Assembly: GCA_907165135.1 (NCBI GenBank)
Contig: OU015568.1
Location: forward strand, 8,556,001 to 8,620,000
DNA from: Oikopleura dioica
Taxonomy: Eukaryota > Animalia > Chordata
Length of the DNA: 64,000 bases
Reading direction: 5' to 3'
Shown: positions 50,306-63,254 of the stretch, one piece after another
Layout: every line of letters starts with the position of its first letter
How positions within the stretch are numbered: position 1 is the first letter of the stretch
Notes under the pieces: model-generated
The model's database searches: none
Told to the model about the DNA's origin: nothing
The model's input: only the letters and a program-made list of their open reading frames with translations
Program-made: the position numbers and the translations under genes

Positions 50306-52102
50306 TTACAAAATAGTGATGTTGAATCTCACAAAGCAAAAGTATTCGGTGCATTTGAACATGATTCCTTCTTTGTATGGACCATCAGCCTCACTTTTGA
50401 TCGTTGAACTGCTCTTTTCGTCTCCATTGTCGATATTAATTTCCTCCGCCACCGCTTTGAACCGTACTGCGCCATCTAAAATTAAATTAGAAATTCGTAA
50501 TTACAATTGTTATAAATTATAACTTATAATTTACCATTTGTCCAGATCCAGAGACGATAAGGACGTCTGCGATTTCCACTCCCTTTGAACCTGAGACTCC
50601 ATCCATTCTCGGCGACCTCTATCTTTTCATCACTATGAAGCTTCGGAAAGAGTTTTCTCTCGTAAATCTTTAATTTCTTAGAAAAAAAAAACTCCATTTC
50701 CTTCAAGTTTACTTTCGTTTCGCCCATCGAAAGCAATTTCAAGATTTGTCTGACATTTCCTTCTAACATCACATGTCGACCTCCATAACGAGAAGATCTA
50801 TCATTTTGAAAGAAATGTCCAGCACCGCCAGCACTTCCAAGTTTTTTTCTTATTTTCTCCAATTTGGCTTTTCTCTCGGGATCGGCACTCTCTCGTTCTC
50901 GTTCTGTTCTCACAGTCGAAGCCCCTTCGCTCACAGTCCCTGGTTCAATCTTTATTCTTTTTGATCTTCTTGGCTGCTCCTCCTTCATTTCTTCGATCTC
51001 TTTTTTCAATTCTCTGATCTGCTCCTCCGCCGCAGTGAGCTTAGTCGCCAGCGTTTCCAAGCACGCCAAATGCTCGTGGGACTTCTTCACTGAAGTCGCC
51101 TTTTTGCATTCTGGACATTCCTTTTCTGCCCATTCCTGGCAACTCTTCTTGTGAGCCTCGTATTCGTCGTAAGGAACAGAAGCCCGGCAGTCGGCATTCT
51201 CGCACACGAGCCGCACAGTGCTCAATACGCTCGCCATCAAATACCCTTTTGTCGACATGAAGTAAGCTTTTCGGCAAAGCGGGCAGTTCGGATACTGACT
51301 TCGTCGAACATCGTCGCAGCATTTGGAGCACAGGTGGGCTCCGCAACAAACGAGCGAAACAGGGTCCTAAAAGATCGTTGAACAATTATCAAAAAATAGA
51401 TGAATTTAAAAAACTTTTTGCAGGCAAAATCCTGACTTTGCCTATTTTTATATTCAGGAGAAAGCCCGTAAAATTCTGAGTCGACTGGACCAGACTCAGA
51501 CGAAAACCGTCAGACGATGACGTCATAAATGACGCTAGAAGTTGTCAAAAATGGCGATTTTGGGCAAACTTTGAGTCACTTTTTTGGGCTTTTTTGACGG
51601 AATTTTTTAATGTTCTATAGTTCAAATTGATCCCTGTGAAAAACTGTACTAAGGTTTTTCATGATTTTTCATTTCGTCGAAATTTTTTTTTCGGAAAATT
51701 CTAGAGCCAAGTTTTTTAAAATTTTTTTCTTAATCCGTAAAAACCTTAGTGCAGTTATTAAAAAGCTTTCATTTAAGCTATCAAACACCGAAAAATTCAA
51801 GCAGGAACGCCGTTAAATGAAGACTCAAAGTTTCGGCTTTTTGTAACCTTCTGACGTCATTTGTGACGTCATTCTCTAGAAAATTTTTAAAACGATTTGG
51901 TCGAATCGACTCAAAATTTTGCAGGCTTTCTTACGGGCTGAAAATCTGACCACGTTAGAATTCTGCTTGCAAAAAGTTTTTTAAATTCATCATAGTGTTT
52001 TACCTCCAGAATGAACGTGCAAACTGAACAGAAGATTTTGGAGGAAAGAGCTTCGTCCATCTTGAAGGTTGCGGAGTCGTCAATGGTCGCATCGATACCC
52101 AT
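50306..52102 (-). CDS. TRAF-like RING E3 ligase (C3HC4 RING, TRAF/Sina-type zinc finger, coiled coil, divergent beta-rich C-terminus)
   Basis: MGID...CSVCTFILE|DPVSLVCCGAHLCSKC...CPLCR; VCENADC...HKKSC; CPEC...HLAC; heptad-rich segment; C-terminus ending FCFVRFNITIL. Confidence 0.85.
51399..51991. mobile_element. MITE filling most of intron 1 of the RING gene
   Basis: TIR GATGAATTTAAAAAACTTTTTGCA at both ends with degenerate inverted similarity for ~170 bp. Flanked by ATA on both sides. Confidence 0.8.
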
Positions 52103-52816
52103 TCCGAATATTCTCTGAATTCAAAATTTGTGAATAAACGCTACTTCTTGTCGAACTAAACTTTAGTTACTAAAGAAAATAATATTCAAATTGAATAGGT
52201 TTACATAATAATGATAATGAGAATAATTTTGCAAAAAATGATCTCTTTATTTTTTTCGATTTCTCTCAAAAAGGACGAAAGTAGTATCATCTTGTCGATT
52301 TTCCGTTTGAGAATTGCGGTTGTTTCCCTCGAAACGGTTATTTTGCAAATGGCCCGCTTTGTGGTGATTTTCAGCTGATATCATCAGACATTTCAACCAA
52401 AAACGCGTGCAGATTTTATCCGACTGAATCTCAATGGAAAATTAATAACTGAAAATGCATTGTTCACTCCCTAAATTAGGGACCCTAATTAGTCGGGCTT
52501 TTTGAAAACCTTAGATGTCATTTATTTTCATTTATCATTAATAAAGGATCATTTGCAGTAAGTGTTTTCCTAGAATCTATTTTCCACATATTTTCACCAT
52601 CAACAATTTTGCCAAAGCCCCTGTATGCTCAACAAAGATACACACATCTTTCAGATTTCTTGATGTAAGGATTACGCCGCTTCCATGTTTCTAAAGGCTT
52701 ACGACATCCTAAACCGTTTTTACCAAAAACAAATCCACAGCGCCTCCATCGCCGAGTTCCATTTTTCGGGTTCAAGAGTTGTACTCAGACGGAGTTGCAA
52801 ATCAGAATCTTTCAAT

Positions 52817-54598
52817 ATGAAATTTTCAACCGTCATTTTAGCAACTGCAAACGCCAGTAGTAATTCAGAGGGTCAAAGAGAACTTGACCAAACTAGAGGT
52901 CTTTCTTCGCCGTACTTACCAGTTGGACTGAAATGTTCGAATAAAGAAGCTCAGAGAATCATCGGAGGATACAATGCGAATAAGGAAGCGTGGCCATTCA
53001 TGGCAAGATTTCAGAGAAGAGGAGCATACAAGCATTATTGTGGAGGTGTCATTGTAGCCGATAATTGGGTTCTTTCGGCATCCCACTGTTTTCAGGAAAA
53101 AGTCAATGATGATTTTGTCAGTTTTATGTCTAGAAAATTAATTGTTGCCTTTGATCAAAAAATCTTTTTGCTTTTTAATTTTTAGACCCGTTGATTTGAT
53201 TATTTAGGAGTTTTGAATAAAAACAATCTTTCTATCTTTTACAATAATTTTGACTCAATAAAGCGATCATCCAGCTTTGATGTTGAAGACTACTACAAAA
53301 CGTTGAAGGTGTGGTTTGGTGACTATCATTTGCACAAACAAGATGCTGGAGAGTTTTCCTTATCGCCGACAAATATAATTTTCCATGAAGATGCGGATCT
53401 TGCGCTTGTTCAGGTTCCTTCTCTCAAGGCTAATGCTCCTAGGAAAAGGTTTTCAAAGGGCGATTTACTGAAACTTTTTCAATAGAATTATTGTTCTCAA
53501 AAAACCCTTGCTCAGCGACTGTAAAGACTGTTTTGATTTCGCTTGTCTCCCAACAGAACACGTCGAGCAAGGAGCAGGTTGCCATACAGCTGGTTGGGGC
53601 TACGTGTCTGCGGATAAAACAGCAAAGATCTTGCAAGAAGTAAATGTTAACGCCATGTCTGATCAATACTGTGTGGATCATTCTCGCTTCTACTTACGGT
53701 AAAAAAAAATATCAATAAAATATATTAATTTTTAGACCAAAATGGCGTCCATTCGCAACAGATGCAGATATTCTCGAAACCGACTATGAGTTCTGCGCTG
53801 GAGTTCTTGACGAAGACGAGGACGGAGAAACCGACGGTGGAAGAGACGCTTGCCAAGGTAAATTCAATTTTCTCGAGTAGATTTGAGAGCTCGAAAGCTA
53901 ATGAGTTTTGATTTTAAGGCGATTCTGGCGGGCCGCTCATCTGCCCGAGCAATGGTCGCCCTGTGGTTCAAGGAATCGTTTCTAGAGGTTGGGGCTGCGC
54001 GATGAAAAATGCTCCTGGAGTCTACACTAGGGTTTCGGCCATGACTCAGTGGATTGAAGAGACGATGGCGAGTTACAGTCCTCCAGATGCTATTGTTGAA
54101 GATGAACAAGAAACAACAACTGTTTATACGACAACAACGGGAACCACAACTACAGCAACAACGACGACTATTGAAACTGGCGAACCGCTTACTCCAGGTA
54201 TTTTTCTTATATAAACTTAGGTTCCTAATCGTTTTTGTTCAGAACTGATGATGAAAATCATCGAGGGCAAAGTCAAATACCCAGACGTTATTCCAAAGAA
54301 AAAACAGGCCAATCTCTCCGCGCGTCGAAAGAAGTTCATGCAAGCTCTTGACAAGTTCTTCCAAAGTTTTCTGGTCGATAAACTCTCCGCCAAATGTGCC
54401 ACATCTCACGTCCCCCTTGCTGATCCCATCACTGGCGCCAGATCTTCGAGCGGCACTGGATACATCAAAGACGGCTTCTTAGAGAGTATCAAGCCGACTT
54501 ATGAAAACTGCCCGCCTTGGAAAAACTGGATCAGATCTTGGAACATTCGTGTACGCAAACTCGATGTGCTCATCAATGTGATGGAGCAAAATAGCTGA
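52817..54598 (+). CDS. Secreted trypsin-like (S1A) serine protease with a Thr-rich linker and a C-terminal helical domain
   Basis: R|IIGG activation site. Catalytic triad in LSASHC, DLAL and GDSGGP. Asp189 in RDACQ; PGVYTRVS; poly-Thr stalk. Confidence 0.93.
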
Positions 54599-54896
54599 AC
54601 TCGAAGATGATTTATTATTTATAAACAGAAATAAAAGAATCATTGCTTTGTAAATGCTTGTTTTTCAGTGTTTTGTGTTCGTTAGTGTTCGAATTCGTCG
54701 AACGAGGTGTTTTTTGGCGAACTGATGGTTGAGTTGTGGTGGGATTGGCGAGTTGGTTGAATTTCTATAAAAAAGATTAAACGATTGGTAAATCAAAAAA
54801 ACAGAAGATTTCTTATCCTAAGTTTGAATTTTCAGCCAAGAGGAAAAATAATCAACACAACCGATCAAAATATAAACCCGCTACTTCATTTTTTAT

Positions 54897-55837
54897 TCAC
54901 TTACGTAGAGGTTTAGTAGTTGGCTTAGGTAGAGTTTTGCTGCTTGAATCGTGTCGTAGCGAATCATATTTTGTCGATGTTCTATCAGCAAAGGAGGCAA
55001 CGCGGCTTGTTTGGTTTGACTGATTGACAATTAGCTGGTGCTGGCTGATGCTGTTCGTCGCATTTCCAGTCGATTTCATTGTTGATTGCGATTGAGAAGG
55101 CCGCAGTTGTCTGTTAGACTGTTGGCGCGAAATGACTTGGTAGGTCTGTTCTTTTGGAACGCTTTTGGAGTTGCGAAGGGCGTGAAATCCTGTTACATAA
55201 AGCATCAATCCGTCTGACCGGTCAATCGCCACGGAAGCGAAAATGTAAGCACCAAGTGAAATTGCTTAAAAATAGTGAGAAATTTGCCATAATTGTTTCT
55301 CACCTGACAAGCCAATAAATAAGAATCCGCTGTGATTATTTGTTGGGTAAAATGTTGGCCCATCTGCGGTGAAGGACATGCCATAAATAATCAAAGAAAA
55401 GAAATAGAACAAAAACGCCACTAAACGAAAAAAGTAAGAATCATCAAGGTGGATTTTCTTACCTGTGGCAAGAGTAATTGAAAGAAAAAATCGCCTGGCT
55501 TCGAGATTGGCGAACTCGTCAAGACTGTATTGACCCAGATACATTGCTCGTTTCATATGGACTGATAGCCAGAAGCCAACATGGAGGAGAAAATAAGCAC
55601 TAGAAATTAAAAGGAAGGGGATTTGGTGAACATTGATCAGTACCTTTGGGAGAGTCCAAAAGTCCATCTCCAGTACGATTTCACATCGCCTCTCATTGTT
55701 GCTAACGCGATCATGGCGATAGTAGCGCTAGAATTCTTTAGTCATTGATTTTAGACGAGGTCAGACCTGATTATTGTGCAGAATTTGGCGATAGTCGATG
55801 CCTTCATCGTTTTACATTTCTCCGCGAACTTCACCAT
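54897..55837 (-). CDS. Uncharacterised four-transmembrane protein with an S/Q-rich cytoplasmic tail (MARVEL-like topology)
   Basis: Four hydrophobic segments across short-intron exons (ORFs 55266-55667 and 54897-55232). Family not recognised with certainty. Confidence 0.55.
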
Positions 55838-56441
55838 CTTTATTTGTTATTCCTTTCTCGATCGCGTCAATTTATTAAGATCTTTTAGCTTTGTTCTCGC
55901 TCCGCGTAATTTGAATGTGCAGATATTTACGAGCTTTTAGTCATAAAGTCGTTTTGAAAATACAACGGTGAGTCTACTACGCGAGAAAATTATTTGGCAA
56001 GCTCGCTAGGGGAAAGACTCTGCCATAACTTGATGATCTGGGAGCGTGAGAAATGCCTACTACTCAACTCACTTGATAATCTTTGGAAATAAAAAAGAAT
56101 AAATAAGCTTATCCCGAGATCAATTTTTTGTTAGCAACTCTAATAGATAGAACAAGATTAGTTATCTTAGATTACTTGCTGACGAGAACGTTGTGTTGAC
56201 AGCAAAATTTATCAAACCCTGCATGGAAACAGATCATTCTCCTCCATGATTTTTCGATGGATTGCTTTGAGATATGAATGCAAAATTGGTCTAGAAACTT
56301 TCTACAGAAGAAAATTTCTTATTGTGTTATCAGACGATATAGTCCATATTAAATACATATGAGGAGCCGTTTTGCTTATAAATCTGAATAAGTATTTGCG
56401 AATTTTATTGAGCTAATGAGGAGAACTAAATTAAGTACAAT

Positions 56442-57733
56442 TTATTCAATAAGAGCAAATTCGTCTTCATCAAGAATAACTGGTTTGGGTGCTTCGTAGC
56501 CTATTGGTAGCATTTTTCGGTCTCCTTCGGTAACTCTATCACCATCCCAGTAGAGCCTCAGGTTGTAGTTATTGTAGTAGCCTTGGTATGACCAGATTTG
56601 ATTGTTAACAAATCTTATTTTAGCTCCATAAACCCACTAGAAATATATTTCTGCAAGATCATCATCAACATAATAAATTGAATTTATGTGGCTTATTAAG
56701 CCAGACTTACCGCATCCCCGGTAGATTTCCATGTCAAGGATTCAGTATTGAATAGGTAAGTTTTGGGATAGCCAAAGTAAAGAATTCCCTCTGGAACCGT
56801 CAAGCAAGTGCTTTCCCGGAAGCCCGCCCTTATAAAATATTCATAAATATTTCATAAGAAACAAAAGAGCTTACGGATTGTCGTAAGCAGGATTGTAATG
56901 CCATTGATCTCCAATATAAAATTCGATAGTGTTCACATCTTCTCGACCACCACCACCATAAACCACGCCGTTCTTTTCACACAACGAACCAAATTGATGG
57001 TTAAATCGCGATTTCTTTCCTAATTCTCTAACAAGATTTATTTTTTTTTTTGTATTTTCTAATGACCTTGCTGTTTGACCATCAAATGTCATGCATGAGT
57101 TTCCCGATGAGTCCGAAAAGCACATAAGAGCTAGTGAAGATGAAAACTCAGGTTGATAGAAATTAAATAACCTTTGTTATTTATATTAACATTTGCTCCG
57201 GTGTAAGTATAGAAATTGAATGGCAATGTCTCGGAGAGAAGAATATACTCGCTGTTCTGTACTGTAGCGATCGCTCGGTAATTCTGGTAACCGCCAAGAA
57301 GATAGAAAATATCATTCAGAAAAGTGTATCCAACGTCTTCAAATTTTTTATCTTGAGCAATAGAAAAAGGGCGAATTAGCTCGCTTGGCATCTCAAAAAC
57401 GTAGCTTCATGATTGTTCAATAAAAATTACTTGAGGGATTATTTGAAATAATAATTATATAAAATTGTACAAACAAGCCTGTTCGGGCAAGTGACCTGGT
57501 TGTATGGGACCCCGATAGAAAAAATGGAAAATGACTCTTCTTCCTCTTTTGCACAGATTTCCTTGCATTTATTGAGACACAAGATATCATCGCAGCTTTT
57601 CTTGCAAGATTCGATAGAAGTTTTGCAAGGCTGATCCCTAGAGAGAAATCATTATAGGAAATAAATGTTTTAATTACCGTAGTGAGCCTGACAGACATGC
57701 TCCGAAAAGCGTAGAATGGACGAAAATTTTCAT
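56442..57733 (-). CDS. Secreted protein with a Cys-rich N-terminal module and kelch-like beta-propeller repeats
   Basis: Signal peptide MKIFVHSTLFGACLS, then CKTSIESCKKSCDDILCLNKCKEIC, then kelch-like FYLLGG, VYGGGG...IEFY...W and YLFN...TW. Confidence 0.65.
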
Positions 57734-59151
57734 TTTTGAAAACTTTAAGCCTAAATCAGCAATTTATGCAAGGAAGCATAATTGTCATTCTCATGAAAGA
57801 AACAGATGCTTATGCGGGAATCGACGGATGTTTAAACATAATAATCGGAAGATGCAGGAAACCTTTCCTATGTCTCCTACAGATAGCATTTGCAATTTTC
57901 ACACAAAATTCTTAGTCTAAATTCATGCTCATCCAATGCTCATTTCTACAGCAACGTGTGCAACTGGCCAGAACCCAGAAAAAAGAACCAAATAACCACG
58001 AGATTAAAAAGTATTAAAACGTCGCGCAAGTGGCCCTTGGTTTATCGGCAAATGTCCAGGTGGACAACTTCTCTTCACCAACTTGAATTTCTCTTTGATA
58101 TTCAACATTTTTTCTAACATTCTACGCCGAAACTGAGTCAACCTCGTACTGAAACTTTGGCCCAGAAAAAATGACGGCCTAGATAATTTCGAGTTATCTG
58201 ACAGGAAGTTAATCAAGTATCGTTTCAAGAAAATGTCAACATTCTCCCACTGGAGCTACGGTAAAGAAGCCGTGACGTAAACTAAGAAACGCAAAAAAGA
58301 AGAACTCATGTCGAAGCGCGGTCACGCTGGTGCCAGCTGGAGAACCATTACACAAGGGACGCTAATTGCCACTCCAGTGTCCAAAACAGCCCGTTATCGG
58401 CAATCGTCCAGCGAATGCAGCATTTTCAAAAGAACCGTGTTCCATCCACCATCTTTTTACCAGTTCAATTCGGGAATGAAAATCTCAAAAATAATATCGC
58501 AAATCATTTTCCTTTCACACTTCCTTCTTTACCGACAAAATCGAAGAAAAATACAGTAATTAAAAATTATAGAACGTGCTCCTTGGAGGGGCCCATTCCA
58601 GCCTCTTACGCTAATGAGTAAAAATGAAAGTCTCACGTAAGGGAGTCCCCTCCCTTTTCAGAAATCAAAAGTCACATTTTTTCAAACAGATCGAAAATTA
58701 TGTTCCCTAAAAATAGCAGCCTTTCTTTTCCCGTTGCGCAAGGACTTGCCCATAATCTGCGCATTATTTACTTTTATTAAATGGCTGACATGGATGGACG
58801 GAATTCTTGAGAGGATCAAAACAAGGAAAACATTTACCAGAGCGGGATGGAAACACGCTTGCGGTTGATGCAAAACGTTGTTCAGTACGTGAATCCGTTT
58901 AGACGAATTTTTGCTGAATATATTCCCCGAGCATGCGTTGAGTCAGACTAAGCATTAACCACGGTTATTTATGGATGGACTATGTTTTGCTCTAGAACGA
59001 AACTTCAGCTTAAATTTAAACAACGAATGGTGCAATATTTGCACTTTCTCTTTACAGAATCCTTCATCAAACAAAGCCCTAGGGTCAAGTTTTTGATCGA
59101 TTAAAAATACGGAGCCAGGAGCTTAAATATACTTTACGACTATCAGAAAAA

Positions 59152-61094
59152 ATGGATAATCTAAGAGAAAAACTCCTTTTTTTCATCTTCGAACGAGACC
59201 GCAAAAAACTGGTTTATGAAGTTGGAGCTGTAGCTGGGCTTTATGCAGTTTGCAAAGTTCCTCATTTCATATTGAAATATACACTGTTGCATCCGATTCC
59301 GACGTATGATTTCCCACAGACCAGGGATGAGAATTTCAAGGTGCTGCAAAAAGGCCTTGATGAAGGAAAACTGCCAAGGATCTTTCGACCACGTCTTTTT
59401 CCCGGATCTACCTTCAGGAAAAAGCTCAAATAGGATGATTCTTTGGGACAAATCTATGAGAACTTTTGAAAGTGACATGTTCATCATTACCGACTTCGAA
59501 ATCATGAAAGAAGCGTTCGCGAAACGCGAAATTTCTAATCGTCAGTTTTCAGAAAAAGTTGTGCTCTGTATCAAAGATACTCTGAGAAGACGAAACTACC
59601 ACAGTGTACCACGATCTATTTTGGACGAGAATGATCAGCTGCTCAAGAATGGCGCTGGTGATTTAGCTGGAACTGCCGAAGGACCCTATGACCACTTCCA
59701 CAAGAAATTCAGAGCTCAGTGGCATGATACTATGAAGGTAAATTTAAAAACGCAGTGTAATCTTCAGTGACTTTTCTAGCGACTTGTTGGCAAAAATCGA
59801 ATAACTGAGATCATCCAAAGCTCGGCAGAAAATGCCTGTATTCAACTCAAGAGGCTTGGGTCATCTCCTTCTGGAATGGATCCACGAAGAGTATTCATGA
59901 ATGGAAGCATAAATGTCACTTCTGGTTTTGCTTACGGAAAGAATTACGATTTCGAAGACCCAGAATTCAAACAGATTGCTGAGTACATTGATAGTTACTT
60001 TGTTGGCATTTTTCATTACAATATGAAAGCTGTTTGCGACAATATGGTTCCTCTTTGGGATACGGTTTTAAATCTTTTTGAATAGCTATTATTCATAAAA
60101 GAACCGTGAAAAGCTAAGCCATAGTAACTTGTATTGTGAGCTCTGGAGAAAAACTCCTGTCAGGCATATGGAAGATGCTATCCCGCTTTTTCATGCTTAT
60201 GTTTTCAAGGTTAGAGCTAGGTGACATGAACATTTCTAAAATTAATCAAGATGATCAAAGAACAAAGAAAACTTCTTGATCCTGCAAATCCTCGAAATTT
60301 TCTCGGTACAAAATCTTTGAACTGAAATCTTCGATCGATCTTCTTGAAAAATTAAGATACTCTTTTAATCGACGCATCAAACGACCCAGAATGGGGATAC
60401 TTTACAATTGCCTGTACTATTGTTGCTATCTTTCTGGGTGCTAGCGATACATTGGCGTAAGAAAAGTTCCTCGCGACTTGCCTTTATTTATATTAAGAAA
60501 CACTATGACCTGGCTTTCGATGGTCCTCGCCGATCACCCAGAAGTGCAGAAAAAGATGTTCGAAGAAATCAAAGCTGCTCGTTCAATAGATACTGACTTG
60601 AAAAAAGAAAACTGCCCGTTGACGAGGTCGATCTTGTTGGAAAGCAGAAGATTGAATCCCGTAACAGACACACTCATTCATATTGTTTCTGAAGATACAA
60701 AAGTCAAAGGGTTTACTTTTCCGAAGAACTCGCAAATTCTAGGGTCGCTAACGGCGGTAATGCACGATCCTAAAAACTTTCCTGAGCCTTCGAAATTCAT
60801 TCCCGATCGGTTTATCGACGAAAATGGCGAATTTGTGAACAACCCAAAAGTCTGTGGATTCTCAGTGGGGCTCAGAAATTGCATCGGAAAGTCATTGGCG
60901 ATCGAAGAGTATTTTGCATTTGCAACGAGTATGGTCGAGAATTTTGAAATCAAAAGGTCTGAAAACTTTCATTCTTGAGTACAAGAAATTCAATATTTTT
61001 AAGACTGGCTGGCAATATGGACATTGAAGCTCATCCTTTCCTTCGAATTCCAAAAGATGATGTTCGCCTCCAATTTATTCCGAGAAAAAAATAA
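59152..61094 (+). CDS. Cytochrome P450 (clan-2-like), copy 1
   Basis: N-terminal TM, ExxR (ESRR), PDRF, heme motif FSVGLRNCIG, DPANPRNFLDTLL. Confidence 0.93.
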
Positions 61095-61271
61095 ACTGTC
61101 CACTATAAAGTTTTAATAAAAATCATCAACTTATAATCAGATTTGTCACTTACCTACAGTAATCGTACTACAGAATCGACCACCCTGAAAGCCCAACAAA
61201 GCCCTAGGGTCAAGTTTTCGCTAGATGACAAAACATCACCAGAATATTTTTTTAACGAGCAGAATGAAAAA

Positions 61272-63254
61272 ATGGATGATCTGAGAGAAAAGCTTCATTT
61301 TATTCTTTTCGAAAGAGATCGAAAGAAATTACTTTATGACGTTGGAGCAGTGGCTGGATGTTATGCACTTTGCAAAGTTGCTTATTTTGTTTTGAAATAT
61401 TCAGTATTTCATCCGATTCCTACTTATGACTTTCCACAGACGAGGGATGAGAATTTCAAGGTGCTGAAAAAGGGCCTTGATGATGGGAAATTGCCCGAGA
61501 TCTTCAGGCCACGTCTTTTTCCTGGATCCACTTTTAGGGAAAGTTTTAAGAGAGTAGCTAAATGACTTGTCAACTTCGTGGAAAACTCCTTTCAAAGTAA
61601 TTTCTTCATCATCGCCGACTTTGAAATTATGAAAGAAGCCTTCTCAAAGCGCGAGATCTCAAATCGCCAGTTTTCGGAAACAGCGCTCAAAACTATTCAA
61701 AACATGCTCGACAGAAAAGACTACCACAAGATTCCCCACTCTCTGCTGGATGTAAATGATCCACTGATCAAGAATGGCCTTGGAGATAGAGCTGGAACTG
61801 CTGATGGACGATACGATCAGTTTCATAAGAAATCAAGGGTTCAATGGCATGATACGATGAAGGTCTCGCTATTTTGATATTTTAGTAGTTTTGACGTGTT
61901 TTGTAGAGACTTGTTGGGAAAAATAAAATCGCGGAGATCATCGAATCTTCAGCCGAAAATATCTGCCTTCAACTCAATCGTCTTGGCGCATCCCCAACTG
62001 GAATTGACCCTAGAAGAATCTTCATGAATGGAAGCATGAATGTCACTTCTGGCTTTGCTTTCGGACTGAATTACGATTTCCAAGACCCTGAGTTTACGAA
62101 GATCGCGGAATATATCGACGGCTATTTTGCTGGACTAATGCATTACAATTTGAAGCAAGTTTGCAGCAATATTGTGCCGAGTTGGGTAATGCGATTTTGA
62201 ACAAAATTGAATTTAAAAAGATCTTTCTCAAGGTCAACGAAAGTGATTACTACAATCAAATTTGGCGTAAAACTCCAGTTAGACATTTTGAAGACGCGGT
62301 TCCACAGTTTCATGGTTATGTTTTTGAGGTTTGAGTGATTTTATTCTTGAAAATAAAATTGTAAAAGATCATCAAAGAGCAACGAAAAACACTTGACCCG
62401 TCGAATCCGCGAAATTATCTAGGTAACCATAAACCTGTCCATTCTTCTCCTAAAAACTGTTTAGATACTCTGCTAATCGACGCAGAAACTGAACCAAAAT
62501 GGGGCTACTTTACCGCTGCTGCGACAATTATTGGCATTTTCCTTGGTGCTAGCGACACTCTCGCGTAAGCCTTATATTCTTGAATCCCTCTTTATATATT
62601 TAGAAATACGATGACATGGTTATCAATGATCTTAGCAGATCATCCAGACGTTCAGCAAAAAGTTTTCGAAGAAATCAAAGCTGCTCGTTCGATGGATACT
62701 GACTTGAAGAAAGAGAACTGTCCGTTTACGAGGTCTGTCTTGCTCGAAAGCAGAAGATTGAATCCGGTGACAGACACACTCATTCATATGGTTTCTGAAG
62801 ACACGAAAATCAAAGGGTTCACCTTTCCCAAGAACTCTCAAATCTTAGGTGCACTAATCATCAAATATAATAGCCAATAGATTCTAGGGTCCCTAACGGC
62901 GATAATGCACGATCCCAAAAACTTCCGTGAGCCTTCTAAATTTATCCCTGACCGCTTCATCGACGAAAATGGCGAATTCGTAAATGACCCAAAGGTTTGC
63001 GGATTCTCTGTTGGGCTTAGAAATTGTATCGGAAAATCCTTGGCAATTGAGGAGTATTTCGTATTTGCGACGACTTTGGTGGAAAATTTCGAAATAAAGA
63101 GGTACGACCAAATTTTTGGTGTTTAAAAATTGGATTTTTAAGACTTGCTGGAAATATGGACATTGAAGCTCATCCCTTTCTTCGAATTCCAAAAGACGAC
63201 ATTCGCCTTCAATTTATCTCAAGAACCAAACCAAATGAACTTCTAACTAAATAA
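61272..63254 (+). CDS. Cytochrome P450 (clan-2-like), copy 2, a tandem paralogue
   Basis: Same motifs as copy 1 and collinear exons, with one extra intron (62849-62887). Confidence 0.93.

Noticed and set aside
57890-58620. Possible gene or pseudogene between the kelch-like gene and the P450s
   Set aside because: Multiple stops and no motif support.
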